The notes: generated from the letters alone by a model not told the origin. Positions 1 to 12,683 are shown, counted from the whole stretch's first letter. The stretch is 63,029 nucleotides of DNA, filler included, from Licmophora abbreviata (GCA_900291995.1; 11 parts of 11 records of this genome joined end to end with filler, not necessarily neighbours in it); one strand, 5' to 3'. Made by a program: numbers and translations.

Positions 1-48
1 AAAGACGACCCATCATCCGAACGCTCGTACTACAACAAGAATGCTGCC

Positions 49-801
49 ATGGTCACGACGACTCCTGTTCTTTCTAGTAGTAGTAGTAGTAGCAGCAGCA
101 GACTGCAGCCCTTTGGTCCCAACATTTGGTACGTCGACGGTCCACATGTGTCATTCTATGGCTTTGACTACCCAACTCGGATGGTGGTTGTCAAGCTGAG
201 TGGTGAATCTGGCGTGTGGCTCTGGTCGCCGATTGCATACTCGAGGGAACTCGGTGCTGAAATTGAGTCCCAATGCGGAAGTTCCAGTGTCCAGTACATT
301 GTAAGTCCCAACTACTTTCATCACCTATTCTTAAAAGAGTGGTGCACGGCATATCCACACGCAAAACTACATGTGCCTCCAGGACTTGCGGAACGCAAGG
401 TGGCACATGATCTCACGTTGGACACGGTCCTCACGGACGATGTTTCGTTCCTTGACATTGACCTAGTCATCTTTAGGGGAAGCATCATGGACGAAGTTGT
501 CTTTTATCATCGTTTGAGCGAAACGATCATCTTTGGTGACTTGATTCAACGGCATGATCCCGAAACTTGCAAAGGCTGCAAGGGATGGTTGATGCGGCTT
601 GATGACTTGGTTGGGCCTACCGGAAGTACGCCGAGAGAGTGGCGATGGAGCTTTTGGTGGACAGGAAAGAAAGAACTGGCTAGGACGGCATTGCGCAAGG
701 TAGTGGAAGAGTGGAAACCTAAGCAACTTTTGATTGCGCACGGAGAGTGTGCTCGAGAGGGTGCGACAGAGATTGTCCAACAGGCGCTGTCGTGGATATA
801 A
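49..801 (+). CDS. DUF4336 family protein (metallo-beta-lactamase-like fold)
   Basis: Intronless 250-aa ORF with PTRMVVVKL..WLWSPI, YIVSPNYFHHLFL, EVVFYH, FGDLI and LIAHGE motifs typical of DUF4336; N-terminal poly-Ser encoded by (AGT)n/(AGC)n. Confidence 0.8.
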   Translation: MVTTTPVLSSSSSSSSSRLQPFGPNIWYVDGPHVSFYGFDYPTRMVVVKLSGESGVWLWSPIAYSRELGAEIESQCGSSSVQYIVSPNYFHHLFLKEWCTAYPHAKLHVPPGLAERKVAHDLTLDTVLTDDVSFLDIDLVIFRGSIMDEVVFYHRLSETIIFGDLIQRHDPETCKGCKGWLMRLDDLVGPTGSTPREWRWSFWWTGKKELARTALRKVVEEWKPKQLLIAHGECAREGATEIVQQALSWI

Positions 802-1294
802 TAGTAATGTAGCAACAAGAAGCGTCTGTTTAAGTGAGATTAAAGCTTGTATCATCAGTGAGTGCAGCGATTAGAGAAAGGAGAAAATGAGTGGACCTAC
901 GAGTAGTCTTGTTAGTGCTCTCGTATTACGTCGTATTACGATTGGTTGGTTGGTTGGTGGCTGCTTCGCTACGTCGCAGTGATGTCGTAGCCGGCGCCAC
1001 GATGTCATCCAATCCGTTGCGAACACTGTTGATATATTTACTTAGGACCGACTCGTTGGACATTTGAAAGGTCACTTGGAATCAGTACTAAATTAGAGTA
1101 GATTGTACGTACATCCGGTACATACGTGGGATCACGTAGCATTGAATAGTGACCCGTAGCCGTCTCGCTCGTCGTGGCACACACTTTGAGGTTCATTTCG
1201 CTTGCTGTGGAAGTTTCGTTGCTGCCGTCGACGTGCTATCCTTGTTTGTCTTTATTTCTCGACGTTCATCGACGTCCCAGGTTGTTCTGTAACG

Positions 1295-2443
1295 ATGAAT
1301 GTGCTTGTAGACGAAAAGAACAATGAAAACGAGGGCGCACCGGCGACAAACGCGGATCCCGAAGATCCGCCAATCCCCGAAAGTCACTCCGTAGACCGCT
1401 CCGCACGCAGAATTTCCGGGTCTCCCACTTCACAACAACATGGAAATCTTTGCGTCTCGGAGATGGAAGATAATGGCGACAACGACTCTGTCGCGGCTCC
1501 TGTCTCGGAAATCCCTCAAGACGACGAGGAGAGTGACTACGAATACGAAGATGACGACGATGCGGCTTTTGGGAGTTTTCTCGTCACGGAGCAGCCGCCT
1601 ATAGCGGCTCCCGTGGCTGGCTCGTCTCCGACATCGCCGGCCCGAATAGTCGAAGAGGACGGCGCCGCGACGGCCACTGCAGCAGAGGAAGACATGGGAG
1701 AAACGACAGCTCCTAAGAAAGCCAAGTGGAAGGAACCATCGAAGCAGGCGGTGAGCATGTCTCTACGAGCGGAAAAAGAGACCTCGGGCGGCAAGCGCCG
1801 GCTCGCGCAAGACTTGTACAAGATCATGACGACCGATACGGAAGAGGCCGGTTTCAGCCTTGAACCTTCATCAGAGGACTCCATGGACAAGTGGACAATC
1901 AAGCTTTTCGCCTTTGACAACGACTCCAACCTTTACAAGGACATGCTTGTCCTGGGACTCGAACACATTGAGCTCGAAATGTCCTTTCCGGATCAGTATC
2001 CATTCGAGCCTCCTTTTGTCCGTGTTGTTCGACCTCGCTTCAAGCGTCAAACTGGCTTCGTTATGAACGGAGCACTCTGTATGGAACTCTTGACGAAGGA
2101 AGGATGGAACCCGGTCAATGACATTGAGAGTGTCATTGTGTCTGTTCGATCTCTTCTTGTGGTCGGGGACGGACGTCTCGCTGCGGCGGTCGACATGCCT
2201 TCGAAGAAGCGCGCGGCTATCTTGGCGGCCGCCACCGGCACGGATGAGAAAGAAGGCGCCAAGCGCGAACGAAGTTCCTCGACGGAGATTGCTTCCGGCG
2301 ACGTGAAGCCTCCATCCAAGGTGTCCAAGGCGGGGGGCGGAGAGTACAGTGTGCAGGAGGCGCAGTCGGCCTACTCGCATCTTTCCAGCTATCACAAGGA
2401 GAAGGGGTGGGATCAATCGGGATGGTGGGCTCGCAAGGGATAA
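1295..2443 (+). CDS. Ubiquitin-conjugating enzyme E2, UBE2Q-like, with acidic disordered N-terminus
   Basis: YPFEPPFVRVVRPRF..GFVMNGALCMELLTKEGW: catalytic Cys present and no HPN motif, as in UBE2Q. First in-frame ATG at 1295. Confidence 0.9.
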   Translation: MNVLVDEKNNENEGAPATNADPEDPPIPESHSVDRSARRISGSPTSQQHGNLCVSEMEDNGDNDSVAAPVSEIPQDDEESDYEYEDDDDAAFGSFLVTEQPPIAAPVAGSSPTSPARIVEEDGAATATAAEEDMGETTAPKKAKWKEPSKQAVSMSLRAEKETSGGKRRLAQDLYKIMTTDTEEAGFSLEPSSEDSMDKWTIKLFAFDNDSNLYKDMLVLGLEHIELEMSFPDQYPFEPPFVRVVRPRFKRQTGFVMNGALCMELLTKEGWNPVNDIESVIVSVRSLLVVGDGRLAAAVDMPSKKRAAILAAATGTDEKEGAKRERSSSTEIASGDVKPPSKVSKAGGGEYSVQEAQSAYSHLSSYHKEKGWDQSGWWARKG

Positions 2444-3114
2444 TTGAAATCACCAACTACACTGTACCATCAGATGCGGCACACAGCGCCGACAGACTCG
2501 CGCAAGGAGTAGTGACGGTCGCCAGTTCGACCATTATCGGTAGGTAGTCGTCCAGCATGCGGGTAATATATATATACAGCGACGATTTACCTCGGACACA
2601 CAGATAGGCACTTTATTTTTGTACTGCGTACTTCTCGCCACAACACGCTGCTGCGTTGCGAACCGAGTGCCCGGAGAGTGATACATTCGTCCTGGGATTC
2701 GAAGTGACACTTCTGCGATCTCCGCGAACGGGATCGTGCGGTTTCCCTTCAATCCCGATTTCTCTACTCCTCAGTAGCCTATGTGATGCAGCACGACTAT
2801 ATTGGCCTGTGTTGTGGTACCTAAACAATGTCGCTATCATTGTAGACTCACTCTTGTATCGTACTACTACGTCGGGCCGGCCCGGACGTCAAGCCTCAGT
2901 GTGGCCGCCGCGCGCCCGAGAACGGTGCTGATCGCGCGTCAACATCATCCTCGCTTCTCGCTTCGCAATGTCGCGTCGTCAGTGTCAAAGTGTATTCAAG
3001 TATTGGAAGACCTTGCCGTTGCATATCGACGACCCCATTGTGCAATCGCCAGTTTTCTACCGCTCGAAAGCTTCTATCTAAGCGTCGTGTCGAAAAAAGA
3101 AAGACATCAGCGTC

Positions 3115-3442
3115 ATGACGAAACGAATTTTGCCTGGCGCCGGTGATGATGACGATGATCGACCGCGGCATAGCGGTGACAAGCGAGCGCGTGGCGACGA
3201 AAGTGCACCGAACAAGAACATTGAATCCAGGGCAAACGCAGAAGAAGAAGGGAAGGATGGAAATAACGACACGAAACATCCCAAGTGGCTATTACCGCCC
3301 ATGGAAGTACGGCATCCACGAATCGGCGCCAACTATCAAGCCATCTTGCCTCCTGTGGTGGTTGGGGAAGTGGGCGAAGATGGCGCGACTGCTGTTGCTG
3401 CGGCGAATGGTGGGAGCGTTCCAGTGTCGCAAGAAACAGAAG
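3115..3442 (+). CDS. Small protein with ELM2-like motif, 3' end lost in gap
   Basis: HPRIGANYQAILP resembles the ELM2 start motif (RIGxxYQAxLP); ORF runs into N spacer. Confidence 0.5.
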
Positions 3443-3542
3443 NNNNNNNNNNNNNNNNNNNNNNNNNNNNNNNNNNNNNNNNNNNNTTAATTAATTAANN
3501 NNNNNNNNNNNNNNNNNNNNNNNNNNNNNNNNNNNNNNNNNN
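3443..3542. other. Artificial scaffold gap spacer
   Basis: 44 N + TTAATTAATTAA (stops in all six frames) + 44 N. Confidence 0.98.
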
Positions 3543-3596
3543 CTCTCTATTCCTGTGCACTCACGCCACCATACCTTGTTCTCCCGTTCACCATAG

Positions 3597-5072
3597 GACC
3601 GGCTTTACTACGTGGCGCTCAAGTCACAGCCGCGACCCGATCTGACGCTCACCAAGTCCAACGATGGTGAGATCAAGCACATGCCGATACACTTCTTCAA
3701 CATCGACACTGAGTTGGTGTACTGGAACTTCTTTCTAGACTTTGGACCTCTGAATCTTGGACAACTGCACCGCTTTTGTACGAAGCTCAACAACAAGCTG
3801 TCCTCAGAACTCTTGTCGGATCACGTGATTTGCTTTTGTTCCAACACAACCCCTGCGAAACGTGCGAATGCCATGTTTTTGATGTGCGCGTGGCAAATGC
3901 TCTATTTGAACCGGACCCCGGAAGAAGCTTATCGAGGCTTTCACGCCGATGACTCGACCTCGATGGAGATTGTTCCTACATCTCCTGCGCGGAACGCCTC
4001 GTCGCCTCCTCCATCGCCGCGTACAGCCGTTGGGAATGCCACCGTTAGTGACGTCCCTCCCTTTCACGACGCGTCGCCGTGTACCTGTACATATGAACTG
4101 ACCATTCTTGATTGCCTCCGAGGACTGAGCAAAGCACGCATGTTCGACTTCTTTGACTTTGAATCCTTCAACGTTAAAGAGTATGAGTACTTTGAACAAG
4201 TAGAGGTAGGTTGGATGTGTGATGAGTTGTTCTGGGTATGCCCTTCTGTCTACTATAGCAATTTTCTCACCTTCCTGATAAACTCCTTCTTCACTGCCCC
4301 TTAGAATGGTGATTTGAACTGGATCATCAAGGACCGAATCATTGCCTTCGCTGGTCCTCACTACAAACGTAACGTCTCGCGGGAGGGCTACTGTGCTCTC
4401 ACTCCCGCTGACTTTATTCCATACTTTCAAAAGAACAACGTCTCTCTTGTTGTCCGTCTCAACAAGAGGTGCTACGACGAACAAGATTTCAAAAAGGCTG
4501 GTATCGCCCACTTTGAGCAATACTACTTGGACGGCTCATGTCCTCCAATGAAGATTCTCAATAAGGTCGTGGCCGCATTTGAAGGCGTTCCCGCAGACAA
4601 GGCCTTTGCTGTCCATTGCAAGGCTGGCCTAGGTCGGACTGGTACTTGTATCGGGGCGTACATGATGAAACATTACAAGTTTTCAGCTGCCGAAGCAATT
4701 GCTTGGATGAGAATATGTCGACCAGGATGTGTGATTGGACCTCAGCAACACTTTCTGCAAGCTATCGAGCAGCGCATGTGGCACGAAGGGGAAGTGATGA
4801 AGTTGAATCCCACACAAGATGGTCGACTGCTGCGGCGTTCGGCCACACCGACGGCCGACTACAATGCCTCTCTCCCTGTGGTGAGCCCCAAGGCGAAACC
4901 ACAAGAAGCCGATGGCAAGACTCCAGTTGAGTTTGAATCGTTGTCCGTGAACGAGGAGTCGAGGAAGCCTCCAGAGGAGCCATGCGAGACGCAGGGTGAC
5001 TCGTTGTTGGTCCGCCGAAACCAAGCCCAGCAGTCGACGTCTCGAAGTCTATCTGACTTGATGAATTTGTAG
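3597..5072 (+). CDS. CDC14: CDC14 dual-specificity protein phosphatase (5' exon lost in gap)
   Basis: Exons 3597-4205 and 4305-5072, with acceptor TAG at 3594-3596 and intron 4206-4304 GT..AG joining EQVE|NGDLNWI. Motifs DRLYY, FFLDFGPLNLG and catalytic HCKAGLGRTG. Confidence 0.95.
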
Positions 5073-5411
5073 TAGATCTTCATGCGGTGTCGGGTATTTG
5101 TGGATGCGACGAGGAGGCTATGATGGAAGAATTTCCGTGTACATAAGCTTTTCGGTGACGATGGTGCTATTGCTAAGCTCGTATCCAACGAGGCTGATAC
5201 GAGGGAAAATGGAACAGGCGTCGATGCAAACCTGCAATCGTCGCTTCATATAAAGTATTGTGGAAAATCAAACGATTTTAGGGAACATCATACCATAGCT
5301 CGAGCTTTCATGAAAACTGTTATTCTGACAGACACAGGATAGATACAACCATTTGGTCGATGCTTTTCGCAACAGTATTGAAATGCTAACTGTGCTCAAG
5401 TATTAATCTAC

Positions 5412-5511
5412 NNNNNNNNNNNNNNNNNNNNNNNNNNNNNNNNNNNNNNNNNNNNTTAATTAATTAANNNNNNNNNNNNNNNNNNNNNNNNNNNNNNNNN
5501 NNNNNNNNNNN
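5412..5511. other. Artificial scaffold gap spacer
   Basis: N44-TTAATTAATTAA-N44. Confidence 0.98.
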
Positions 5512-5729
5512 TTCGTCCCTTCGCGTATGATACCGGTACCGGTACTGACGGACGGACCTTTGATGTGTCCGTTGTTCGGTCTGTCTGTCCCATCGAATGT
5601 TTTGTGGCGATGACACATCATCGGCCGCGAAGCGCCGCCGACCATGACGCGTCGCCGATTGGATACTCACACTTTTCTTGGCCATCGGTATTACTATTTT
5701 GCTGAACCTAAAGATAAGCTCATCACCAC

Positions 5730-8700
5730 ATGACATCCACCCCTGCTGACAAGACGAAGGGAAGGGTGCTGCTCCCTTCCGTGTTTTTGCCCAAAAAGTA
5801 AGGAACCGACTGAAATCTGAAATCTTCGATATTGGAAGGCTATGGATGCCCTCCCACTACGATGATGGATGCGCGGATACTGTAATATAGTTCCTCTGAT
5901 TTTTACTCGTCGCCATTGCTCTCGGCCTAACTCCAAGTTCTTTCGTTTCTTCTACTCGTAGATACAATCTGACGATTACGCCCAATCTAGAGGCGTTTAC
6001 CTTTCAGGGCGTCGTGGAGATTGCATTGGATCGGAATGAAGCCAATCTAGAATGCAGGGAGATCCAGCTTCATGCCAAGGAGCTTTGCTTTGAAAAAGCT
6101 ACTTTTAAGAGTGGGGTAGAAGCGAGTGGACCTGTTGTATCTGCAGAAGAGGTAAAGAGAGCGTCTCTGTGTGCTCTCATGTTTCTTGACTGTGGAGTTT
6201 TTGTGGCTCATTGCATTCTCGCCATCTTCTTGTCGCAATCGCACGCTCTTTCCTTCCTAGATTCGCGTCAATGTTCGAACGACCACAGTCACTTTTGTCT
6301 TTGCAGATCCGCTTCCCGACGACTCCATCGTCCTCACGATTCAGTACACCGGTTTCTTGAACAACCAAATGGCTGGATTTTACCGTTCTTCTTATACCAA
6401 CATTCACGGCGACTCCAAAATCATGGCCTCCACTCAGTTTGAAGCCCTGGATGCCCGTCGTGCCTTTCCCTGTTGGGACGAACCCAGTCGCAAGGCACAG
6501 TTCACATTGACACTCGTCATTCCAGCGCACCTACAGTGCTTTAGCAATATGCCGGAATCGTCGTGCAAAATGATGAAGAGCGCCGCCTTGAAACAAGTCT
6601 CCTTCTTGGAATCGCCCATCATGTCGACTTATTTGTTGGCCTTTGTCGTGGGCGAATTTGATTTTGTTCAGGCACAAACAAAACACGGTGGTGTCATGGT
6701 GAAAGTCTACACGCCTCCGGGCAAATCGGAGAATGGACAGTTTGCGCTGGACTGTGCGGTAAAGGCGTTGGACGAGTTTGATGCATTCTTTGGACTGCCG
6801 TATCCGTTGCCGAAACTGGACATGGTGGCTATTCCGGAATTTGCAGCGGGGGCCATGGAAAATTGGTGAGTAGTGAAATGGTGTTGTCGTTGTGAAATGA
6901 GGATTATTTGTCTCGTGATTCATCCATTCTCATGTTTCTTGTCCTCTTTCAACACGAAATCCATTGCTGCAGGGGCCTTGTGACGTACCGGGAGGTGGAT
7001 CTATTGATTGATCCGAGCAAGGCATCCTCCAATCAAAAGCAACGTGTCTGTGTCGTTGTAACACACGAGCTGGCGCATCAGTGGTTTGGCAATCTCGTCA
7101 CCATGGCGTGGTGGGATGACTTGTGGCTCAACGAGGGCTTTGCAAGTTGGGCCGAGAACTACGCCTCCTCTCAACTCTACCCGGACTGGCAAATGTGGGA
7201 TCAGTTCACCACCGGACATTTGTCGGCGGCGCTGCGACTGGATGCGCTCAAGTCCTCGCATCCGATTCAGGTGCCTATCCATCATGCGGAAGAAGTCGAA
7301 GAGGTCTTTGATGCCATTAGCTATTGCAAGGGAGGAAGTGTTGTCCGTATGATTCAAGCCGTTCTCGGGATGAAGGCGTTCCGTGAGGGACTCGGGGAGT
7401 ACATGAAGCGCCATGCATACAATAACACGGAAACCTTCGACTTGTGGAAAGCGTGGGAGGAAAGCAGCGGTATGCCTGTGGCAGAAATGATGGCTAGCTG
7501 GACCGAGCAGATGGGTTTCCCGTTCGTCAAGGTCAAATCGGAGGCGTGGGAGGACGATAAGGTCACGCTGGAGTTGGAGCAGTCCTGGTTCTTGTCGGAT
7601 GGCTCGGAACTTTCTCCGGAAGAGGCCCAGAAGACATGGACGATCCCTATCTTGACGTGCACAGCGGATGGAATGCAACAAGACATGATGATCCTCCGAG
7701 AGAAGACCGTGACATTGACGGTTCCAACCAAGAGCTGGGTAAAACTCAATGCCGGTCAGGAGGTGCCGATGCGCGTCCTGCCGACTCCCGAAATGCTAAA
7801 GCGTCTGGGTGAAGGCGTGTCCTCCAAGTCGTTGCCGCCATGCGATCGGGCCGGCTTGCTGAATGACGCATACGCCATGGTCAAGGCAGGGCACATGCAA
7901 CCCGAGACGCTCCTGACGCTGGTTGCGAGTTACCGTCACGAGGATTCGTACATTGTCTGGCAGGGACTCGCCGATGTTCTCGGCGGACTTGACACAGTCA
8001 TGTCGGACGATGAAGCGATGAATGCCAACTTCACCAAGTTTGCCAGTAGCATCGTTCTACAGCTGGTCCAATCGGTTGGTTGGGAATCGACTCCCGAAAC
8101 GGACGGTCACTTGACCACCTTGTTGCGAGGAATGATGATTGGCTTGGCCAGTGCTTTCTGCTACAAGGAACCGTCGGTGGCAGGAGAGGCCAAGGATCGC
8201 TTTGACAAATTCCTCATCGACGCAAACGATGTCCAGAGTCTTCCGAGCGACATGAGAACTTCAGTCTTTAAGATCGTCTTGAAGAACGGCGGCGAGAAAG
8301 AGTACGAACAGATTCTCGGTTACTTTGACACGGCGACAGACAACGCCGAGCGCAAGCACGTACTTGGCTCACTCGGCAGTACATCCGACCCGAAGCTCAA
8401 ACTGCGCACCATGGAGTGGACCACGTCGGGCGCTGTCAAGCTGCAGGACTTCTTTTACGCCATGGGCTCGGTCGGACGTTCGTCTCGCGAAGGCCGCGAA
8501 ATTAGCTGGAGCTTTTACAAGGACAATTTTGACAAGATTCGGGGCATGATTGGCAAAGGCAGTGCGTCCTTGATGGATGCCTGCATTGTGAGCTGCTGTG
8601 GCGCGTTTTGCAATGGAGACAAGGCGGACGAGATTGACGCCTTCTTCCAGCAGCACCCACTGCCATCGAGTACTCGCAAGATTGCGCAAACGACCGAGAA

Positions 8701-8779
8701 TATGCGAACCAATGCCAAGTTCCTAGATATGCTGCAGGCGAGCGAGCTGAGCAAGGACAAGTTTTGGCTCAGCCTCTAA
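5730..8779 (+). CDS. Puromycin-sensitive-type M1 zinc aminopeptidase
   Basis: Exons 5730-5797, 5962-6151, 6261-6865 and 6973-8779; all introns GT..AG and frame-consistent. GAMENW and HELAH-x18-E motifs, C-terminal ERAP1-like domain. Confidence 0.95.
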
Positions 8780-8882
8780 GAGAGATAGTCAAGTACCACG
8801 GTAAATAAGTCACAGTAACATGGATCATTTCGTACTGTTTTGCTAAACTATAGTTGTACAGCGTCCGTTTCTTGGTACGCAT

Positions 8883-10040
8883 CTACCTCAAGGCGAGTCC
8901 CACCCAGACTACTCCAATCGCAATGGCTAGAATGGACGATCCCATACTAAGCTTTTGCGGAATATCCGGCCTCCGAAAGAACTCTCCCGCTCGTCGCGTC
9001 CCCTCTCCAATAAGCGTCGTCGTTAGGGCCATGGCCGCCATGGTGCCGGCCGCATAGGCCAACAAGAAGGCAAAGTTTCCCCGCCACGTGGCGAGAGCCA
9101 ACGCCGGCGCCAGGGATGGCGCCCCGTCCCACGAAAAGCCGTGCAGGAGGCCGTTGAAGATGACGGCCCGCTTCTGAGCCGTCTTGATGCCACTGTCGGC
9201 CGCGGCTGCGGACAAACTGTGCGCCGGAACGGGGCCCTCCATCATTTCGTCCTCCCATTCTCTCGCTTCCCTTATTCCCATCAATCCGATGACAACAAGC
9301 GAGAGTCCGACTGCAATTTCGGTAGCAAAGGAAGCGCGACTCAACACGCCGGAAAAGCTGGTGAGGTTCTTCATACGATTCTTGAGTCCAAAGGCGACGA
9401 TCCCGATAATGGTCGCCGAGAGGCCGTGGCCCATCCCCCACAGGGCACCGATTCTTCCAGCGCGGTACCAGCGTTGTCCGCAACACCGGGGCAGCAGTGC
9501 GGCCAAGTGATCTGGGCCTGTAGAGACGAGTGAGTGACGAGAAAGTGAGAGATAGAACACAGCATCGATGAGGATAAGTGACACCATGGTGAGTTTCGCA
9601 GCGGAGCACGATGTGGGTCGGTCGGTCGGTCAGGACTGAGGTGCGCGGGACGAGTCGCTCAGAGTCAAAGAACAAGCAGAGCACCGTCCTCTCTACCCTC
9701 ACTACGTACCGGCAATAGCATGAAGACTTCCAGAAAAGAGTCCGCCGGAAATGGCCCCGGTGATGGCTGCCACACCGGCGACAGGAGCAGCCGCGACCAT
9801 GGCAAGTGACGAGGAGGAAGATGCTCTACTGATGCCATGCGTTTCGTGAGGTTTGCGCAGTGGACCCGTCCCAGCAGGAGGATGTCTCGTCGCTACATCC
9901 GATCGAGGACGGTGATGGGGTACACCGACCAAGAAGGAAGGTTGGCGGGAAACTGACGGAGCAAAGGCCGTAGATTCACGGCAAAGTAACATGAGCATCA
10001 GCATGCAAGGCACTGAGAGAGTTCTTGTGGAGAAGCCCAT
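8883..10040 (-). CDS. Plastid-targeted NiCoT/UreH-like (DsbD_2) membrane protein, similar to plant CGF1/CGF2
   Basis: Exons 10040-9710 and 9517-8883 join LHAIAG|PDHLAALLP; also WGMGHG and GLLHG motifs; signal peptide followed by STA-FAP plastid motif. Confidence 0.85.
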
Positions 10041-10162
10041 GATATGATGGATTCAGTACTCTACAGAAATGATATGGACTGTGAGGAGCACTCCCGAAGA
10101 TTCTCCGTCTGCTCCAGGTGGCGGTCCGCGACAGTGATGCCTTTTGTACTCGTTGGCACATC

Positions 10163-10180
10163 ACACACACACACACACAC
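10163..10180. repeat. (CA)n microsatellite
   Basis: cacacacacacacacac upstream of the NiCoT-like gene. Confidence 0.9.
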
Positions 10181-10496
10181 TTTTGGGTCGTCGCCGTATC
10201 GCGCCGCGACACGAAATTGCCACACACAGTTTGCCAGCACAAACAGATCCCATGGCTGGCAGTCGTCTTCAACGCGACCACGTAGCTTTTAGTACTGCAA
10301 TCTACTTACAGACGGGCTGACGTATGCGTCTCCCTAAAGCAAAACCCGGATGTAAAAACGAGCTCGCTGCGAGGTCGGAAGTTTTCAGTTTGGATGAGTG
10401 CCAACCGCTCTAAAATCTCATCAGAGTTCGACATAAAATGTGATGCGAGCCTGAAAAAAAAACAACCGCGGGCATCACACAAAAAGAAAATGACCG

Positions 10497-10596
10497 NNNN
10501 NNNNNNNNNNNNNNNNNNNNNNNNNNNNNNNNNNNNNNNNTTAATTAATTAANNNNNNNNNNNNNNNNNNNNNNNNNNNNNNNNNNNNNNNNNNNN
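10497..10596. other. Artificial scaffold gap spacer
   Basis: N44-TTAATTAATTAA-N44. Confidence 0.98.
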
Positions 10597-10640
10597 CGGT
10601 GATATGAGATAGCAAAAAGAGTGCTCACCGATTCACCAGC

Positions 10641-12572
10641 ATGGTCGCTGCACCTTCATCATCATCGTTGTCAACGCAGCGTCGTTCTTCCGTCAGTAGA
10701 GGGCGAGCACCGGCAAAGTGTAGAAAATGCGCGACTACTCGATGTCTCATTTCGAGTCTTCTGTTCGTTTTGACAAGCTCCTATGTTGCCTTCCTGGCGA
10801 GATCCTTGTTTCGAGGCATCCTGAAGCAGCAGTTTCAACATGCCGAACAAGAGCTCCTCAAAATAAGCGATTCGTACTACTATCATTCGACTACTACTAC
10901 TTCTTCTTCCAAGAATGCGACTCATTATCCTTTGGGTGATGGCAAAACTCAAACTGAAATGGACAACGGCGTTGAGAGTGAGAAGGCCAATGCTAGTGGC
11001 GATGAGACAATACTGAGTAATTCGACGTCCTCTCCTTTGAAACAAGCAAGAGCAACAACAACAGCCTGTGGTGAATGAGTCATTATCATTGCCCGCTTCT
11101 ACAGATGATCTTAGTAGGGGGAGAGGCACCACGTGTGACTTTCGCGAGTATCCTCCCAGACGCTACTATGGCTTGATGAACTCCACGCGACCCGACTTTT
11201 TACAATCCGCCGAATACATCTACGGAGAGTTTCCCATAGTACTGCCACCATCACAAGAGAATGGTGGTGATGTACGCTACAAGGGCAAGCTATGTGTCAA
11301 TCAGTCCTCGTGGGAACCCTCATCCTCATCATTACCGTTTGCAGATGGCACCAATCCGAGTTTGTTGAAGCTGGATCGGTTGCCATTGCAAGGCATATTT
11401 CAGACACTACGAGAGACCTATGGAGCAGTGTACCTTTCCACAATCTGCATGACAGACTCGCAATGTGCCTGGAACGATACCGACGAAGAGCGCACAAGGT
11501 ACAATATTTCGGAACGCAAGCAGCCGCTGACAGTACGGACCGTACTGTTGGTACTCAACAGTGACTTTGAAACTATCCTCGAAACCACAATACTACTAGA
11601 ACGCAATGTGCAGTGGGGCAATTGGGTGAAGCCTTCCAAGAAGGCCGATGGCACATTTGCGTTGGAGGCCAGGGCATTGGATGACGCTCGACTGTTTCTC
11701 AATCGAGACGACGTTTGGATTAGCTTTCGAGAGGGCAAGAGCTTTGGCTACGATAAGCAAATAATTAATCCAATACGGATGGAATTGAGCAATGACACTA
11801 ACTATGAGAGTGGTGAGTTGAGCGCGTCGATACGAGCGTCGGAATCGGCGTCGTTTTGCTGTGGTCGCAACATGGCCCTCATGCAACATCCAGAGGTAAG
11901 TTTGCAGACGCAAAGCAAAATAATGATGTGAAATCTGCCATGGCGAATTTTCTCAAATGCCTCGCTTAACCTGTTTATCCTTACTAATGCAATAGACAAA
12001 GTCGCTACAAAGTTTGACGTGGGCGGATCCTGTCACGGTTGTCGATGTCAACGATACTGTCCACAAGTCGAACTCGCGGAGGCGATTGTTGCAGCTCGAG
12101 GAGCCCCCTTCACTGACACACAGACAATTGAGAGGTCCCCAGAAACGAAAGAGTGACTTTCATGGTACCAACGCTTTCATGCTGCCTCTTCCTTCCGGTG
12201 AACTATTGGGCATTGGTCACTTCCATCGTCCTCCCGGACGAGACAAGAATGCATACGCTCGGTTTGGACATCACTACACGCATGCGTTCTTTACGATCAC
12301 TCACGAAAGTCCGCATACGTTGCAACGGCTGTCTCAAGAGTTTGTGTTTCCCAGCAAGTCGCATGTATTTGTGGACGATGCCGAGATAATTCAGTTTGCG
12401 AGTGCATTGGAACTGGATGAAGCCAATAGCAAGCTCGTGGTGGGCTACGGCATCAATGACTGTGAAGGTGCAGTGATACGATTGGACCTTGAAAAGTTGG
12501 AGACACTCCTAAGACCGGTGAAAGAGGGGACAGGAAGTGATTGATTTGATGATGAAGCAGGTGGTAAACTAG
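10641..12572 (+). CDS. Type II membrane protein, putative beta-propeller glycoside hydrolase/glycosyltransferase-like (two probable sequencing frameshifts)
   Basis: N-terminal TM anchor; motifs NPS, LDDARLF, GRNMAL, LLGIGH, HHYTHAFF, IIQFASAL and YGINDC. Intron 11896-11995. One extra base near 11040 and one near 12527 would give a single ORF ending EGQEVIDLMMKQVVN*. Confidence 0.6.
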
Positions 12573-12583
12573 GTTAGTGCGAT

Positions 12584-12683
12584 NNNNNNNNNNNNNNNNN
12601 NNNNNNNNNNNNNNNNNNNNNNNNNNNTTAATTAATTAANNNNNNNNNNNNNNNNNNNNNNNNNNNNNNNNNNNNNNNNNNNN
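12584..12683. other. Artificial scaffold gap spacer
   Basis: N44-TTAATTAATTAA-N44. Confidence 0.98.

Noticed and set aside
2444..3114. Short overlapping ORFs and a GTTCGA (T-loop-like) motif in intergenic DNA
   Set aside because: No cloverleaf could be formed and the ORFs have no recognisable motifs.
5644..5732. Signal-anchor extension (MTRRR-WILTLFLAIGITILL) for the aminopeptidase
   Set aside because: Needs two separate frameshifts; there is an in-frame stop just upstream of ATG 5730.
5798..5961. C/D snoRNA in the 164-nt aminopeptidase intron (ATGATGG ... ATAGTTCCT-CTGA)
   Set aside because: Imperfect C box, C-to-D distance too short, and a mismatch within the putative rRNA guide.
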